Below are positions 39,386-48,200 of a DNA stretch of 64,000 bases, piece after piece (the stretch's first letter is position 1; every line of letters starts with the position of its first letter). Made by a program: the position numbers and the translations under genes. This DNA comes from an uncultured Propionibacteriaceae bacterium (GTDB lineage: Bacteria; Actinomycetota; Actinomycetes; Propionibacteriales; Propionibacteriaceae): contig CAYQXH010000002.1 in assembly GCA_964421325.1 (NCBI GenBank), positions 6,159 to 70,158 on the forward strand. The letters are read 5' to 3'. The notes beneath the pieces are model-generated. The model was not told the DNA's origin, made no database searches, and saw only the letters and a list, made by a program, of their open reading frames with translations.

Positions 39386-40870
39386 TTAGGCCGGCAATGC
39401 CCAGGTGTGCACCGGCTCGTTGCCGTGCATGTTCTCGGCGTAGGCGGCCACCATCTCGCGCAGGGCCTCGGCTCGCGACAGGCCGCGTGCCTCCAGCCTC
39501 CGAACCGTTGAGACCTGCCAGTCCGCACCGTTCTGCCCGGTCAGGCAGCGGCCCTCGATCACGCCGAGCAGCCGGTCGGCGACAGCTGTGTCCATGCCCC
39601 AGGCGGCCAGGCCGACGCGCGCCATCGGCAGGAGCTCCCGCAGGACCAGCTCGCTCGCGGGCACCCCGCCCCAGCCGGGCCAGAAAAGGGTGGCGTCGAT
39701 GCCGTGCCGCGCGCCGAGCGTGAAGTTCTCCGAAGCAGTGCCGAAGGCCATCCTCGACCAGACCGGACGGTCCTCGGACACCAGCGCGCGCAGTGCCCCG
39801 TAGTAGAAGGCGGCGTTGGCCAGCGTGTCCACGATGGTCGGCCCGGCCGGCAGCACCCGGTTCTCCACCCGAAGGTGCGGGCGCCCGTCCACGATGTCGT
39901 AGATCGGCCGGTTCCAGCGGTAGATCGTGCCGTTGTGCAGCCGCATCTCGGCGAGCTTCGGCGTCTGCCCGGCGTTGAAGGCAGCCTGGGGATCCTCGTC
40001 GTCCAACTCCGGGAGCATCGCCGGGAAGTAGCGGGTGTTCTCCTCGAACAGGTCGAAGATCGAGGTGATCCACCGTTCACCGAAGTACACCCTGGGCCGC
40101 ACGCCCTGGTTCTTCAGTTCCACCGGACGGGTGTCGGCAGCCTGGGTGAACAGCTCGATCCGGGTCTCGGCCCACAGTTCCCGACCCATGAAGTAGGGAC
40201 TGTTGGCCCCGAGGGCGAGCTGTGGCCCGGCCAGCACCTGGGCGGCGTTCCAGTAGGACGGGAAGGCGCTCGGCATCACCTGCAGGTGCAGTTGCATCGA
40301 GGTGCAGGCCGACTCCGGCGCCAGCGAGTCCGCGTAGCGCAACAGGCGCTCGCCCGACGGGCCGACGATGTCCAGGTGGATGTCCTCGCCGCGGGCAGCG
40401 AGCACAGCGTCGTTGAGCGCCTGGTAGCGCGCGTTGGCGCTCATCCAGTCGCCCTCGAAGGTCTCCGGCATGACGGTCGGCAGGATGCCGATCATCACGA
40501 TGTGGGTGCCCAGCTCCGCGCTGCGCCGCTCGGCCTCGTTCAGCGAGGCCCGCAGGTCGCGTTCCAGCTCGGCGACGCTGCGCCCGTTGAGCGGCCGGGG
40601 GGCGACGTTGAACTCGATGTTGAACCGGGCCAGCTCGGTCTGGTACTCGGGGTTGGCGATCGCAGCGAGCACTTCCGCGTTGTCCATCTTCGGCAGATAG
40701 TCGTCATCGACGAGGTTGAGCTCGATCTCCATCCCGGTCATCGGCTGGTCGAACTCGAACGAGGTGGTGGCCAGCATCTGCTCGAACACGTCGAGGCAGA
40801 GCTTCACCTTGTCGCGATACCGCTGGCGCTGCTCGCGGGTGTAAGTGACCGCCTCGATGTCGCGTCCCAT
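39386..40870 (-). CDS. Glutamate-cysteine ligase family (GCS2-like) protein
   Basis: GMEIELNLVD, QTELARFNIE, ESACTSMQLHLQV, ANSP, RVENRVLPAGPT. Confidence 0.88.
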   Translation of the reverse strand: MGRDIEAVTYTREQRQRYRDKVKLCLDVFEQMLATTSFEFDQPMTGMEIELNLVDDDYLPKMDNAEVLAAIANPEYQTELARFNIEFNVAPRPLNGRSVAELERDLRASLNEAERRSAELGTHIVMIGILPTVMPETFEGDWMSANARYQALNDAVLAARGEDIHLDIVGPSGERLLRYADSLAPESACTSMQLHLQVMPSAFPSYWNAAQVLAGPQLALGANSPYFMGRELWAETRIELFTQAADTRPVELKNQGVRPRVYFGERWITSIFDLFEENTRYFPAMLPELDDEDPQAAFNAGQTPKLAEMRLHNGTIYRWNRPIYDIVDGRPHLRVENRVLPAGPTIVDTLANAAFYYGALRALVSEDRPVWSRMAFGTASENFTLGARHGIDATLFWPGWGGVPASELVLRELLPMARVGLAAWGMDTAVADRLLGVIEGRCLTGQNGADWQVSTVRRLEARGLSRAEALREMVAAYAENMHGNEPVHTWALPA

Positions 40871-40959
40871 GGCACCGGAGTATGGCCCCGGCCGGGGGGC
40901 CGGGGTAAGCCCCCCGGGCCGTCGGCCACTCCCGGAGCCGATACCGTACACTCGGCGGC

Positions 40960-41265
40960 ATGCCCTCGTTCCGCCTCGAGCTGGAGATCGGCGACCTCCG
41001 ACCCGGCCGCAGCCCAGAGGAGGTGATGGCCGCGGCCCGCTCAGCGTTGGGCGACCACCACATCGACGCCACCGACGTCGCGGTGACCGGCGGCACTCCG
41101 CGGATCCGGCTGCGGTTCACCGTGCCCGACTCCAGCGAGGTCGAGGAGAACGCAACGGCCCGGCTGGCAGCTGTCCGCACCCGCGACGCCGTCCAGCTGG
41201 TGGCCGGTACGGCAGGCCTGTGGATCCAGCGCCGCCGGGGAGGGCGCTGGCTCCCGCTGGGCTGA
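40960..41265 (+). CDS. Conserved hypothetical protein
   Basis: MPSFRLELEIGDLRPG...GGRW; good codon bias; divergent from the ligase gene. Confidence 0.7.
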   Translation: MPSFRLELEIGDLRPGRSPEEVMAAARSALGDHHIDATDVAVTGGTPRIRLRFTVPDSSEVEENATARLAAVRTRDAVQLVAGTAGLWIQRRRGGRWLPLG

Positions 41266-41354
41266 GCTGCGCCGCCGCAATTCTGCTGCCCGGGTATCGG
41301 CGGGGCCGTCGCTCCCCTCCCAAGGTGAGGAGTCCACTTCAGGAGGCGCTCGGC

Positions 41355-44300
41355 ATGATCACCACTCTGCTCACCCAGCCCGGCCTGGCCGGGATGCACG
41401 TCGACAACACCCGCGGCCTGGTCTGGGTCGTCCGCAGCGACGGCCTGGTGGTCACCAGCGACCTCGCCGGCACCACGACCTCGCACCAGCAGCTCCCGGT
41501 GACACCGGTCGACATCGCCGGCAGCAAGACCCGGCTCGGGGTCGCCGGCGACGACGGAACGCTCTGGACCATCGACCCGGACGACCCCGGGACGGCGGCG
41601 GTCCAGCTCGGCACCCTTCGGGGCGTCCCGACCCAGATCGCCGTCAGCGCGACCGGCAGGACCGTGCTGGCCGTGGTTTCCGGCAAGGGTGTGGCCACCA
41701 GTGTCGGCACCGGGCGGCGCAGCCGCCACGGACTGCCACCCGACACCGAGGGCATCGCCGCGCTCAACCGCGCCACCGCGATCTCGGTGAACGACACCGT
41801 CAGCGGCGAGTCCCGGCTGCGGCGCCTGGGCGGGTTCGGTCCGGGCGCGGACTCCGGCCCGCTCGCCCGGCTGGGCCGGGTCGGCACCAGCGCCGACGGC
41901 AAGGTCATCCTCGGCGCGCAGCCGGCCGGCAACATCCTGGTGGCGTGGGAGCCGGCGACGTCGGCCATCACCACCGGTGACGTCGCTGCCCTGGCCGGCA
42001 CGGTCATCGAGGCCCAGGGCCTGAGCGATGGCCGGGTCGTCGTCCTGACCGACCAGGTGCTGGCCATCGTCGACCTGGTGACCGATCTCACCACGGTCGT
42101 CCCGCCGAGCATCACCCCGCCGGACCAATCGCTGTTCGTCGCATCCTGGGTGCGGCTCGGCTACGACCTGGGCACCTCCGGGCTCACCCCTGCCGACGTC
42201 ACCTTCGTCGTTCCGGACGGGCCGGAGGCCGGCATCGTCTCCCACACCAGGGACGACGGCGACGCCTACCCCAGCCCGATCCTGGTCGCCGGTGGCCGCC
42301 TCGGCACCTACCAGGTCGTGATGATCGAGACCGTAGGCGGAACCGAGATCGCCACAGCCGAGTTCACCGTCACCAACGAGTGGGCCGATCCCGACGCCGG
42401 CCCTTCGATGATGTACACCGGACGCAGCACCGAGTTCGCCGGCGACTCCGGTTGGGGCGGCGGGCCCAACGCTCCCCAGAACTTCTCAGACCTCACCCAC
42501 ACCGGCACCTGGAACGTCCTGGTGATGCTGGTCGACACCAGCACGGCCCGTTGGCCGGCCGGCACCCTCGCCCAGAGCCGCACCGACATCCTGAACCACG
42601 TCATCGACGGTTTCAGCGTCGGCGGCACCAACCGTTCGGTCCGGCTGTACTACAACGAGAACTCCGCCAACCAGCTGGCTGTCGCGGCCCGCAACAACGC
42701 CACCTTCGGGCCGGTGGCCATGCCCAACGACTGGGGCAGCTACTTCACCCAGACCGTGAACGCGATGGGGGTGGTGACCGACGCCCGCTGGGCCCCGAAG
42801 GGCACCTCCTGGCAGGCGTTCATCACCCAGGCCATCAACGACGGCGTGGTCACGACCGCCGACCTGCGCGCCGTCGACTCGGTGATTTTCATCCCGTTCT
42901 CCCCGGACGCCACCTCCGCGGCCGGCAACCGGTTCGCCTGGCCCTACGGCGACATCGGCAAGCAGCGCATGCTACTGGGCACCAACGTGGTCACCGACCA
43001 GGGCGACATCGCCGGGCTCCAGGCCCCGCTCAACTTCGCAGCCCAGGACGGCCGCCAGACCCACAGCACGCTCAGCCACGAGCTGGGCCACAACCTCGGG
43101 TTGCTGGACGTGTACGACATCGCCGAATACCCGGACAACGTGAGCTCGCGGATCACCAGCGACTGGGAGCTGATGGCTGGCTCCCGGGACGCCCTGCCGC
43201 ACTTCAGCATCTCGAACAAGATGCGCATGGGCTGGCTGCCGACCTCGCAGGTGAAGCTGTTCAACTTCTCCGGCGCCGGCGGTGTCGACCAGAACATCAC
43301 CCTGCACGCCGCCGAGCTGGGCAGCCCACCGGCCGGGCGGTTCCGCGGCATCGAGATCCGGCTCGGGGACGGCTGGAACTACTACGTCGAGTACCGCTCC
43401 GAGCAGGCCGGCTTCATCTCCGACGACGTCCCGACCGATCGCCGGGTGGTGCTCACCGACGTCACCTCGGAGAACTTCTCGCCACCGATCCTGCGGCCGC
43501 GGATCCTGTTCGTGCCCAACGATCCCGACGGTGACGGCCGGATCCTCGACATCGGCAGCGACTTCGAGGCCACCGACCCCGGCACCGGCTTCGATCTTTC
43601 GGTCAGCGTCGTCTCCACCGACGAGGACAACGCCGTGGTGCGGGTCCGCTACGGCTCCAACGCACGACCGGAGCTGGGCATCCGGCCGTGGGACAACGGA
43701 CCGACCTGGAAGAGCCCGGACATCGAGGTGCGCAACGCGCGGAACGCCGCCAACCCCGCCTTGTCCAACGTGCCCTGGGCCGGCCGGGACAACACTGTGG
43801 TGGCCAGGGTGCGCAACAACGGCGACTTCAACGCAACCGGGGTGGCGGTTGAGTTCTTCGTCACCGAGTACTCCGCAGGCGACGGGCCGTGGGTCTCGCT
43901 CGGCACCGACGTGCGGAACGTGGCCGCCGGTGCGACTGTCGAGTTCAGCACGAGCTGGACCCCGGACGCCGACGAGTCCAGGCACTACTGCATCATCGTG
44001 CGGATCAGGCTGTACCAGGACCCGGGCAACCCGGCGATCCTCGACGCCAACATCTACAACAACGAGGCCCGCAGCAACTACACGCAGTTCATCTCGGCCT
44101 CGGCCTCACCCTCCAGCCGGACGGGGGCGGCCGTGCTGCTGTCCAACCCGTTCGGCGAGCGGACTACCGTCTCGGCGAAGGTGCGGCAGACCAACGAGCT
44201 CCACCGGTCATTCATCGACCACACCTGGCTGACGGTCGACCCGGGCGCCCCGCGCCCGGTGACGGTGCTGGACGAGGCACTGTTCGGCACTCCGGAGTGG

Positions 44301-44726
44301 CCGTTCGGGCCTGACACCGAGCGTTGGCGCAAGCCGCTCTGGGGCGCTCCGAACCTGGTCAGCGTCGAGGGCTGGGCCCGCGTCCCGAAGGCCGAGGAGT
44401 GCCTCGGCCGGGTGCCGACCGGCGGCGCCTGCCTCTCGGTCCAGGCCGGCCGAGCCACCCAGACCAGGTTCCTCGAGGCCGGACAGCAGATGGTGATCGG
44501 AGAGGTCAGCTTCGTCGACAACGGCAGCCAGGTGCCCGATGGCGGCACAGTGCTGATCGAGGTCCAGGGCAAGGAGTCGAGCTGGACGTTGACCACCCAG
44601 GTGGTCGACGGCCACTTCCGCAGCGAACTCCAGCACCGGGAGGAAGGCGAACTGCGCTGGGTCATCGCCCACTACCTCGGAGGATTCGGCGCCTCACCCA
44701 GCGAGAGTGGGCGCCTGGAACTGTGA
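41355..44726 (+). CDS. Large M6 (immune inhibitor A-like) metalloprotease with propeller-like N-terminus and CARDB-like domains
   Basis: HELGHNLGLLDVYD zinc motif, WELM Met-turn, KMRMGWL, YYVEYR; WKSPDIEV and VVARVRNNG Ig-like; AGGAGG RBS. Confidence 0.85.
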   Translation: MITTLLTQPGLAGMHVDNTRGLVWVVRSDGLVVTSDLAGTTTSHQQLPVTPVDIAGSKTRLGVAGDDGTLWTIDPDDPGTAAVQLGTLRGVPTQIAVSATGRTVLAVVSGKGVATSVGTGRRSRHGLPPDTEGIAALNRATAISVNDTVSGESRLRRLGGFGPGADSGPLARLGRVGTSADGKVILGAQPAGNILVAWEPATSAITTGDVAALAGTVIEAQGLSDGRVVVLTDQVLAIVDLVTDLTTVVPPSITPPDQSLFVASWVRLGYDLGTSGLTPADVTFVVPDGPEAGIVSHTRDDGDAYPSPILVAGGRLGTYQVVMIETVGGTEIATAEFTVTNEWADPDAGPSMMYTGRSTEFAGDSGWGGGPNAPQNFSDLTHTGTWNVLVMLVDTSTARWPAGTLAQSRTDILNHVIDGFSVGGTNRSVRLYYNENSANQLAVAARNNATFGPVAMPNDWGSYFTQTVNAMGVVTDARWAPKGTSWQAFITQAINDGVVTTADLRAVDSVIFIPFSPDATSAAGNRFAWPYGDIGKQRMLLGTNVVTDQGDIAGLQAPLNFAAQDGRQTHSTLSHELGHNLGLLDVYDIAEYPDNVSSRITSDWELMAGSRDALPHFSISNKMRMGWLPTSQVKLFNFSGAGGVDQNITLHAAELGSPPAGRFRGIEIRLGDGWNYYVEYRSEQAGFISDDVPTDRRVVLTDVTSENFSPPILRPRILFVPNDPDGDGRILDIGSDFEATDPGTGFDLSVSVVSTDEDNAVVRVRYGSNARPELGIRPWDNGPTWKSPDIEVRNARNAANPALSNVPWAGRDNTVVARVRNNGDFNATGVAVEFFVTEYSAGDGPWVSLGTDVRNVAAGATVEFSTSWTPDADESRHYCIIVRIRLYQDPGNPAILDANIYNNEARSNYTQFISASASPSSRTGAAVLLSNPFGERTTVSAKVRQTNELHRSFIDHTWLTVDPGAPRPVTVLDEALFGTPEWPFGPDTERWRKPLWGAPNLVSVEGWARVPKAEECLGRVPTGGACLSVQAGRATQTRFLEAGQQMVIGEVSFVDNGSQVPDGGTVLIEVQGKESSWTLTTQVVDGHFRSELQHREEGELRWVIAHYLGGFGASPSESGRLEL

Positions 44727-44733
44727 GGTTGGC

Positions 44734-44765
44734 GAGGGCCCGCCGGCGGGTGCCGACGGGCCCTC
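44734..44765. terminator. Hairpin between convergent genes
   Basis: GAGGGCCCGcCGGC-GGGT-GCCGaCGGGCCCTC. Confidence 0.6.
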
Positions 44766-44850
44766 ACTGTTGGCGGGCAGTCACCTGCCCCCCGGCCCAT
44801 GGCCACCCGCACAACGATCGCCGGCAGCTACGCGGCGACCCCTGCCCCAC

Positions 44851-45084
44851 TCAGGAGTGGGGCTGGTCGGTGCCGTTCTCCTCGAGCTTGAGGGCGACTC
44901 CCAGCGCCAGGAAGGTGGGTGCCCACTCGCCGATGAACAGTCCCCACCGGTCGGACTGGGCCTTGGCGTCCTTCGGGTTGAACATGCTGATCAACCAGGA
45001 GAGGAAGCTGAGGCCGATCGAGACGAACCCCGCCAGGTAGGCGTGTTCGCTGCGGATACCAAGGTCCTGGATCTTCTTCAACAT
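44851..45084 (-). CDS. Small membrane protein (77 aa)
   Basis: SDRWGLFIGEWAPTFLALGVAL, a recognisable actinobacterial small-protein motif; GGAGGG RBS. Confidence 0.85.
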   Translation of the reverse strand: MLKKIQDLGIRSEHAYLAGFVSIGLSFLSWLISMFNPKDAKAQSDRWGLFIGEWAPTFLALGVALKLEENGTDQPHS

Positions 45085-45119
45085 CGGATTGCCCTCCGCT
45101 CGAATAGGTTCCGAGCGAT

Positions 45120-45146
45120 GTACCCAGCCGGAGCGGACGGTTAACC
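45120..45146 (-). promoter_or_regulatory. SigF/SigB-type promoter
   Basis: GGTTAA-N15-GGGTAC on the minus strand, 35 nt above the ATG. Confidence 0.72.
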
Positions 45147-45192
45147 CACGTGCGCTCTGCGGCAGAACCGGTCCGGGTTCGGCGAGTTCGTG

Positions 45193-45230
45193 AGGCCGGG
45201 GTCACGAGGGGTCATAGGTGACCCCGGCCT
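45193..45230 (-). terminator. 13-bp stem hairpin
   Basis: AGGCCGGGGTCAC...GTGACCCCGGCCT. Confidence 0.6.
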
Positions 45231-45292
45231 TCAAGTCCGACCCGCCGTCGGGGGGTACCGGAGGGTCGTTGTCGAACGTCGTCCCCGGGCCG

Positions 45293-45409
45293 CTAGCGGG
45301 CGACCTGCTGGCTGCCCAGATTTAGGGGGGAGGCGACCAGCAACACGGTGACGAAGGAGCTCAGTGCTCTAGCTTTGAGTACTTTTGCTGCCTGCGGAAA
45401 GCTTCGCAT
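45293..45409 (-). pseudogene. Possible signal-peptide remnant of a deleted secreted protein
   Basis: MRSFPQAAKVLKARALSSFVTVLLVASPLNLGSQQVAR*; lower GC; terminator follows shortly. Confidence 0.3.
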
Positions 45410-45492
45410 CCCGGGGTCTCCCCCACCAGTCCCAGGCGCCCGTTTGGTACCTCACTTGGTCACCTGTACCAAGCATTCACCAGCCGGCCGGA

Positions 45493-47490
45493 TCACGATG
45501 GACGCCCTGACTTCGCCGGATGGTTCAGAAGTCCGAGCTCGTTGGCGCGCCGGATGAGGTCGGCGCGAGAGGCCGCGCCCAGCTTCTCGCGAAGCGCCAC
45601 CACCTGTTTGCGGACGGTGTTGACCGAGACGTACTGCTGGTTCGCGATCTCCTGCACGGTGGCCGCGGTGGCCAGTAGCGGCAGCAGCACCTCTTCCCGC
45701 CGGGTGAGGCGGACCAGGACCCTCGAGGGGACGACGCTGTGCCTCAGGTCATCGAAAGCTCCCCGCCGCAGGGCGCGGGTGATGAAGCAGTCCGTGGCGC
45801 CATGGTGCCGCGCGTGTTCGGTCAGCAGATAGCTCCTTGCCCCTGACGGCAGGGCTGCGAAGGGAACCAGGGTGCCGGCCTGTTCACACACCACGCACCC
45901 GGCCGTGGCGGCCGAGCCCACCAGTTCCTCCGCCGCGCCGGCCTGGTGCAGAGCCGCGCTCTTCACCGCGTAGAGGAACGCCCGGTCGGCCAGGGAGATC
46001 TTCAGCTCGTAGATCCCCTCGTCGGCCTTGGCGACGGCGCGGGCGAAGTCGCCGGCGCAGAGGTGGAACCACGCAGCCGGGACGGCGGAGACCGAGTCGT
46101 CGCCGCTGGCCAGCAGGTCGAGGATGATCTGCTCTGCCCGATTCACTGCCCCGAGACTCAGCAACAGCTCGGCGCGGGCCCTGAGCAGCAGCAGGCGCCA
46201 GGGTTTGGCGTGCTCGAGTTCGTGTCCCGACTCGGCCACGATCGAGTCGAACTCGGCCAGTCCACGTTCCGGGTAGTCCCAGAGGATGGCAGCGGTGCTG
46301 AGCACCATCGCCTGCATCGGCCCGACATTGAACCAGCGGGTGAACGAACCCTGGGTCGAGTGCAGCCGCAGGTGGTGCACTGCCCGCTCGCGGTCGAGTT
46401 CGCGAATCGCCGCGTCGGCCCTGACCAGGTGGAAGGCCGGCTCGATCCAGGCACCGACCGCGCAGCCGTGGGCCGCGTGCTGGGCGAGGAACCTGTCGGC
46501 GATCCCGGCGTACTGGGTGCTGCCGGAAGCCGCGCTGGAAGCCGCCACCGCCAGGGCCGCCAGGAAGCCCGGGAAACCGCACTTGTCGCTGAGGATCATC
46601 GCCAGCTCGCCCTCCCGGCGCGCTCGCGACCAGTCCGCCCGGAGGAGGGCCACCAGGGACGAGATCGAATGGAAGAGGGTGAGCGCTCTTGCCGTCACCG
46701 CGCCGCCGGTGAGCGATGCGTCGCGGATCACCCGGCCCAGCTCGCGATAGGTGGCCGTCGGCCCCTCCAGGAGTGGGTCCTCGACGGATTCCGGAATTGT
46801 GGCCTGGGCGAGCATCCACAGGGTGCCGCCCACCACCTTCGCCTCCGGGGTCTCCTTGCTGGCCCACTGCGCATGCAGCGTCAGGCCGTCGCGGATCAGG
46901 TGCCCGACCATCCGGTCGAGGTCCACCCTCCCGGCCTCGGGATCGTAGGCAGAGCTGAGGGCCGCGGAGAAGGTGAGCCCGGGCATGCTGGCCCGGAGCT
47001 CCGTCGGCGCGGAAGCGAAGATCGCCCGGGCACCGGGGTCCGCGAGCAGGTCGCCCGGGGGATAGGTGAGCCACACCGCGCCGAGCTCACCCCAGTTGCC
47101 CGCGTCGAAGGCCCATTTCGCCAGCTGGGGGCCGAGCCCCGCAGCCGGCTTGGCCAGGCCAGCCGCCACCAGCCCCTTCAGGGCGCCGGCGATCCCCGGA
47201 GCGGTCGAGTCGATCTCGGCCAGCATGGCCGCGCGAACCTCCGGACGCAGCCGTCGAACCCCCGGGGCCCCGGCATCGAGGGGTTCGAAGCAGCCGGCGG
47301 CCGCCATCCGCTCCAGCGTTACGGGTCCAGCTCCGGCAACGAACTCCACCCCGGCACTGGCCGCAGCCAGTGCCAGCAGGTCACCCGAGCAGGTGTCGGC
47401 GAGCGCAACCAGGGGAAGCCAGTCGGGCAGCACCGCAGTCCCGGCGCTGAGGTCGCGCCAGGTCGATCGGCGATGGTTCGATGAAGTCAT
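45493..47490 (-). CDS. MalT/LuxR-family regulator with C-terminal HTH
   Basis: LTRREEVLL...EIANQQYVSVNTVRKQVVALREKLGA; helical body; no Walker A seen. Confidence 0.85.
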   Translation of the reverse strand: MTSSNHRRSTWRDLSAGTAVLPDWLPLVALADTCSGDLLALAAASAGVEFVAGAGPVTLERMAAAGCFEPLDAGAPGVRRLRPEVRAAMLAEIDSTAPGIAGALKGLVAAGLAKPAAGLGPQLAKWAFDAGNWGELGAVWLTYPPGDLLADPGARAIFASAPTELRASMPGLTFSAALSSAYDPEAGRVDLDRMVGHLIRDGLTLHAQWASKETPEAKVVGGTLWMLAQATIPESVEDPLLEGPTATYRELGRVIRDASLTGGAVTARALTLFHSISSLVALLRADWSRARREGELAMILSDKCGFPGFLAALAVAASSAASGSTQYAGIADRFLAQHAAHGCAVGAWIEPAFHLVRADAAIRELDRERAVHHLRLHSTQGSFTRWFNVGPMQAMVLSTAAILWDYPERGLAEFDSIVAESGHELEHAKPWRLLLLRARAELLLSLGAVNRAEQIILDLLASGDDSVSAVPAAWFHLCAGDFARAVAKADEGIYELKISLADRAFLYAVKSAALHQAGAAEELVGSAATAGCVVCEQAGTLVPFAALPSGARSYLLTEHARHHGATDCFITRALRRGAFDDLRHSVVPSRVLVRLTRREEVLLPLLATAATVQEIANQQYVSVNTVRKQVVALREKLGAASRADLIRRANELGLLNHPAKSGRPS

Positions 47491-47882
47491 TCGGGGAGGT
47501 GGTCGACGGTTGCCATTAGGGAAGCCTCGGTGGGGTTGGCCGGCGGGTGGGACGAGGGGTGTTGGCAGCCGGTCCCGATCGGCACGGTGACCGACCCGAA
47601 CAGGCCCGGGTACAGCGCTGGCGAAGGTCCCCGGGGATGGCGGTCCTCCGGCCCGGTTCACGAGGTGGCGACACTCGAACAACGACCTCGGCCGCCGCTC
47701 GGAAGCCGCTGGCCCACCGGACGGCCCAAGGCTACCGCACGGCATTTCCGGTCACCATCGCCGTACCCGCTGCCGCGGGGTGGCTGAAGTGCTCCCGGGC
47801 ACCGCCCGAAGGGGCACAGCCGACCGCTTCCAGGGCAGGGCGCCGGATCTGGCGGTTCCAGCCCGGCTTGACCGGCGCCGGC

Positions 47883-47919
47883 TTGATTGACAAGATATGT
47901 CTTGTATACAAAACACTAT
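47883..47919 (+). promoter_or_regulatory. AT-rich promoter/operator of the AbrB operon
   Basis: TTGACA at 47887 overlapped by the inverted repeat ACAAGA-N4-TCTTGT (47890-47905). Confidence 0.6.
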
Positions 47920-47927
47920 GGAGAGCC

Positions 47928-48200
47928 ATGGTCAGCCCCAGCGACCCCAACCGCCGGTTCTACGGAGCCATCACCGTCAGCGAACGCGGCCAGAGCGTGA
48001 TCCCGGCCAAGGCCAGACGCGACTTCGGGATCAAGGTCGGTGACAAGCTGCTGGTCTTCGGTGACCTGCGCTTCGGCATCGCGATCGACACGGCGGAGCA
48101 CATCATGGCCCGCTCGCCCGGGATCGCCGCGATCCTCGGCGAGGGCGAGGCCTCCGGCGCCGAAACGGCGTCCGCCGACGTGCCGGGAGCGGCGAAGTGA
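47928..48200 (+). CDS. AbrB/MazE/SpoVT family DNA-binding protein
   Basis: FYGAITVSERGQSVIPAKARRDFGIKVGDKLLV. Confidence 0.9.
   Translation: MVSPSDPNRRFYGAITVSERGQSVIPAKARRDFGIKVGDKLLVFGDLRFGIAIDTAEHIMARSPGIAAILGEGEASGAETASADVPGAAK

Noticed and set aside
40845-41354. 5' extension of the metalloprotease ORF
   Set aside because: Overlaps the 40960-41265 gene and is low-complexity Arg/Pro-rich; an AGGAGG RBS supports 41355
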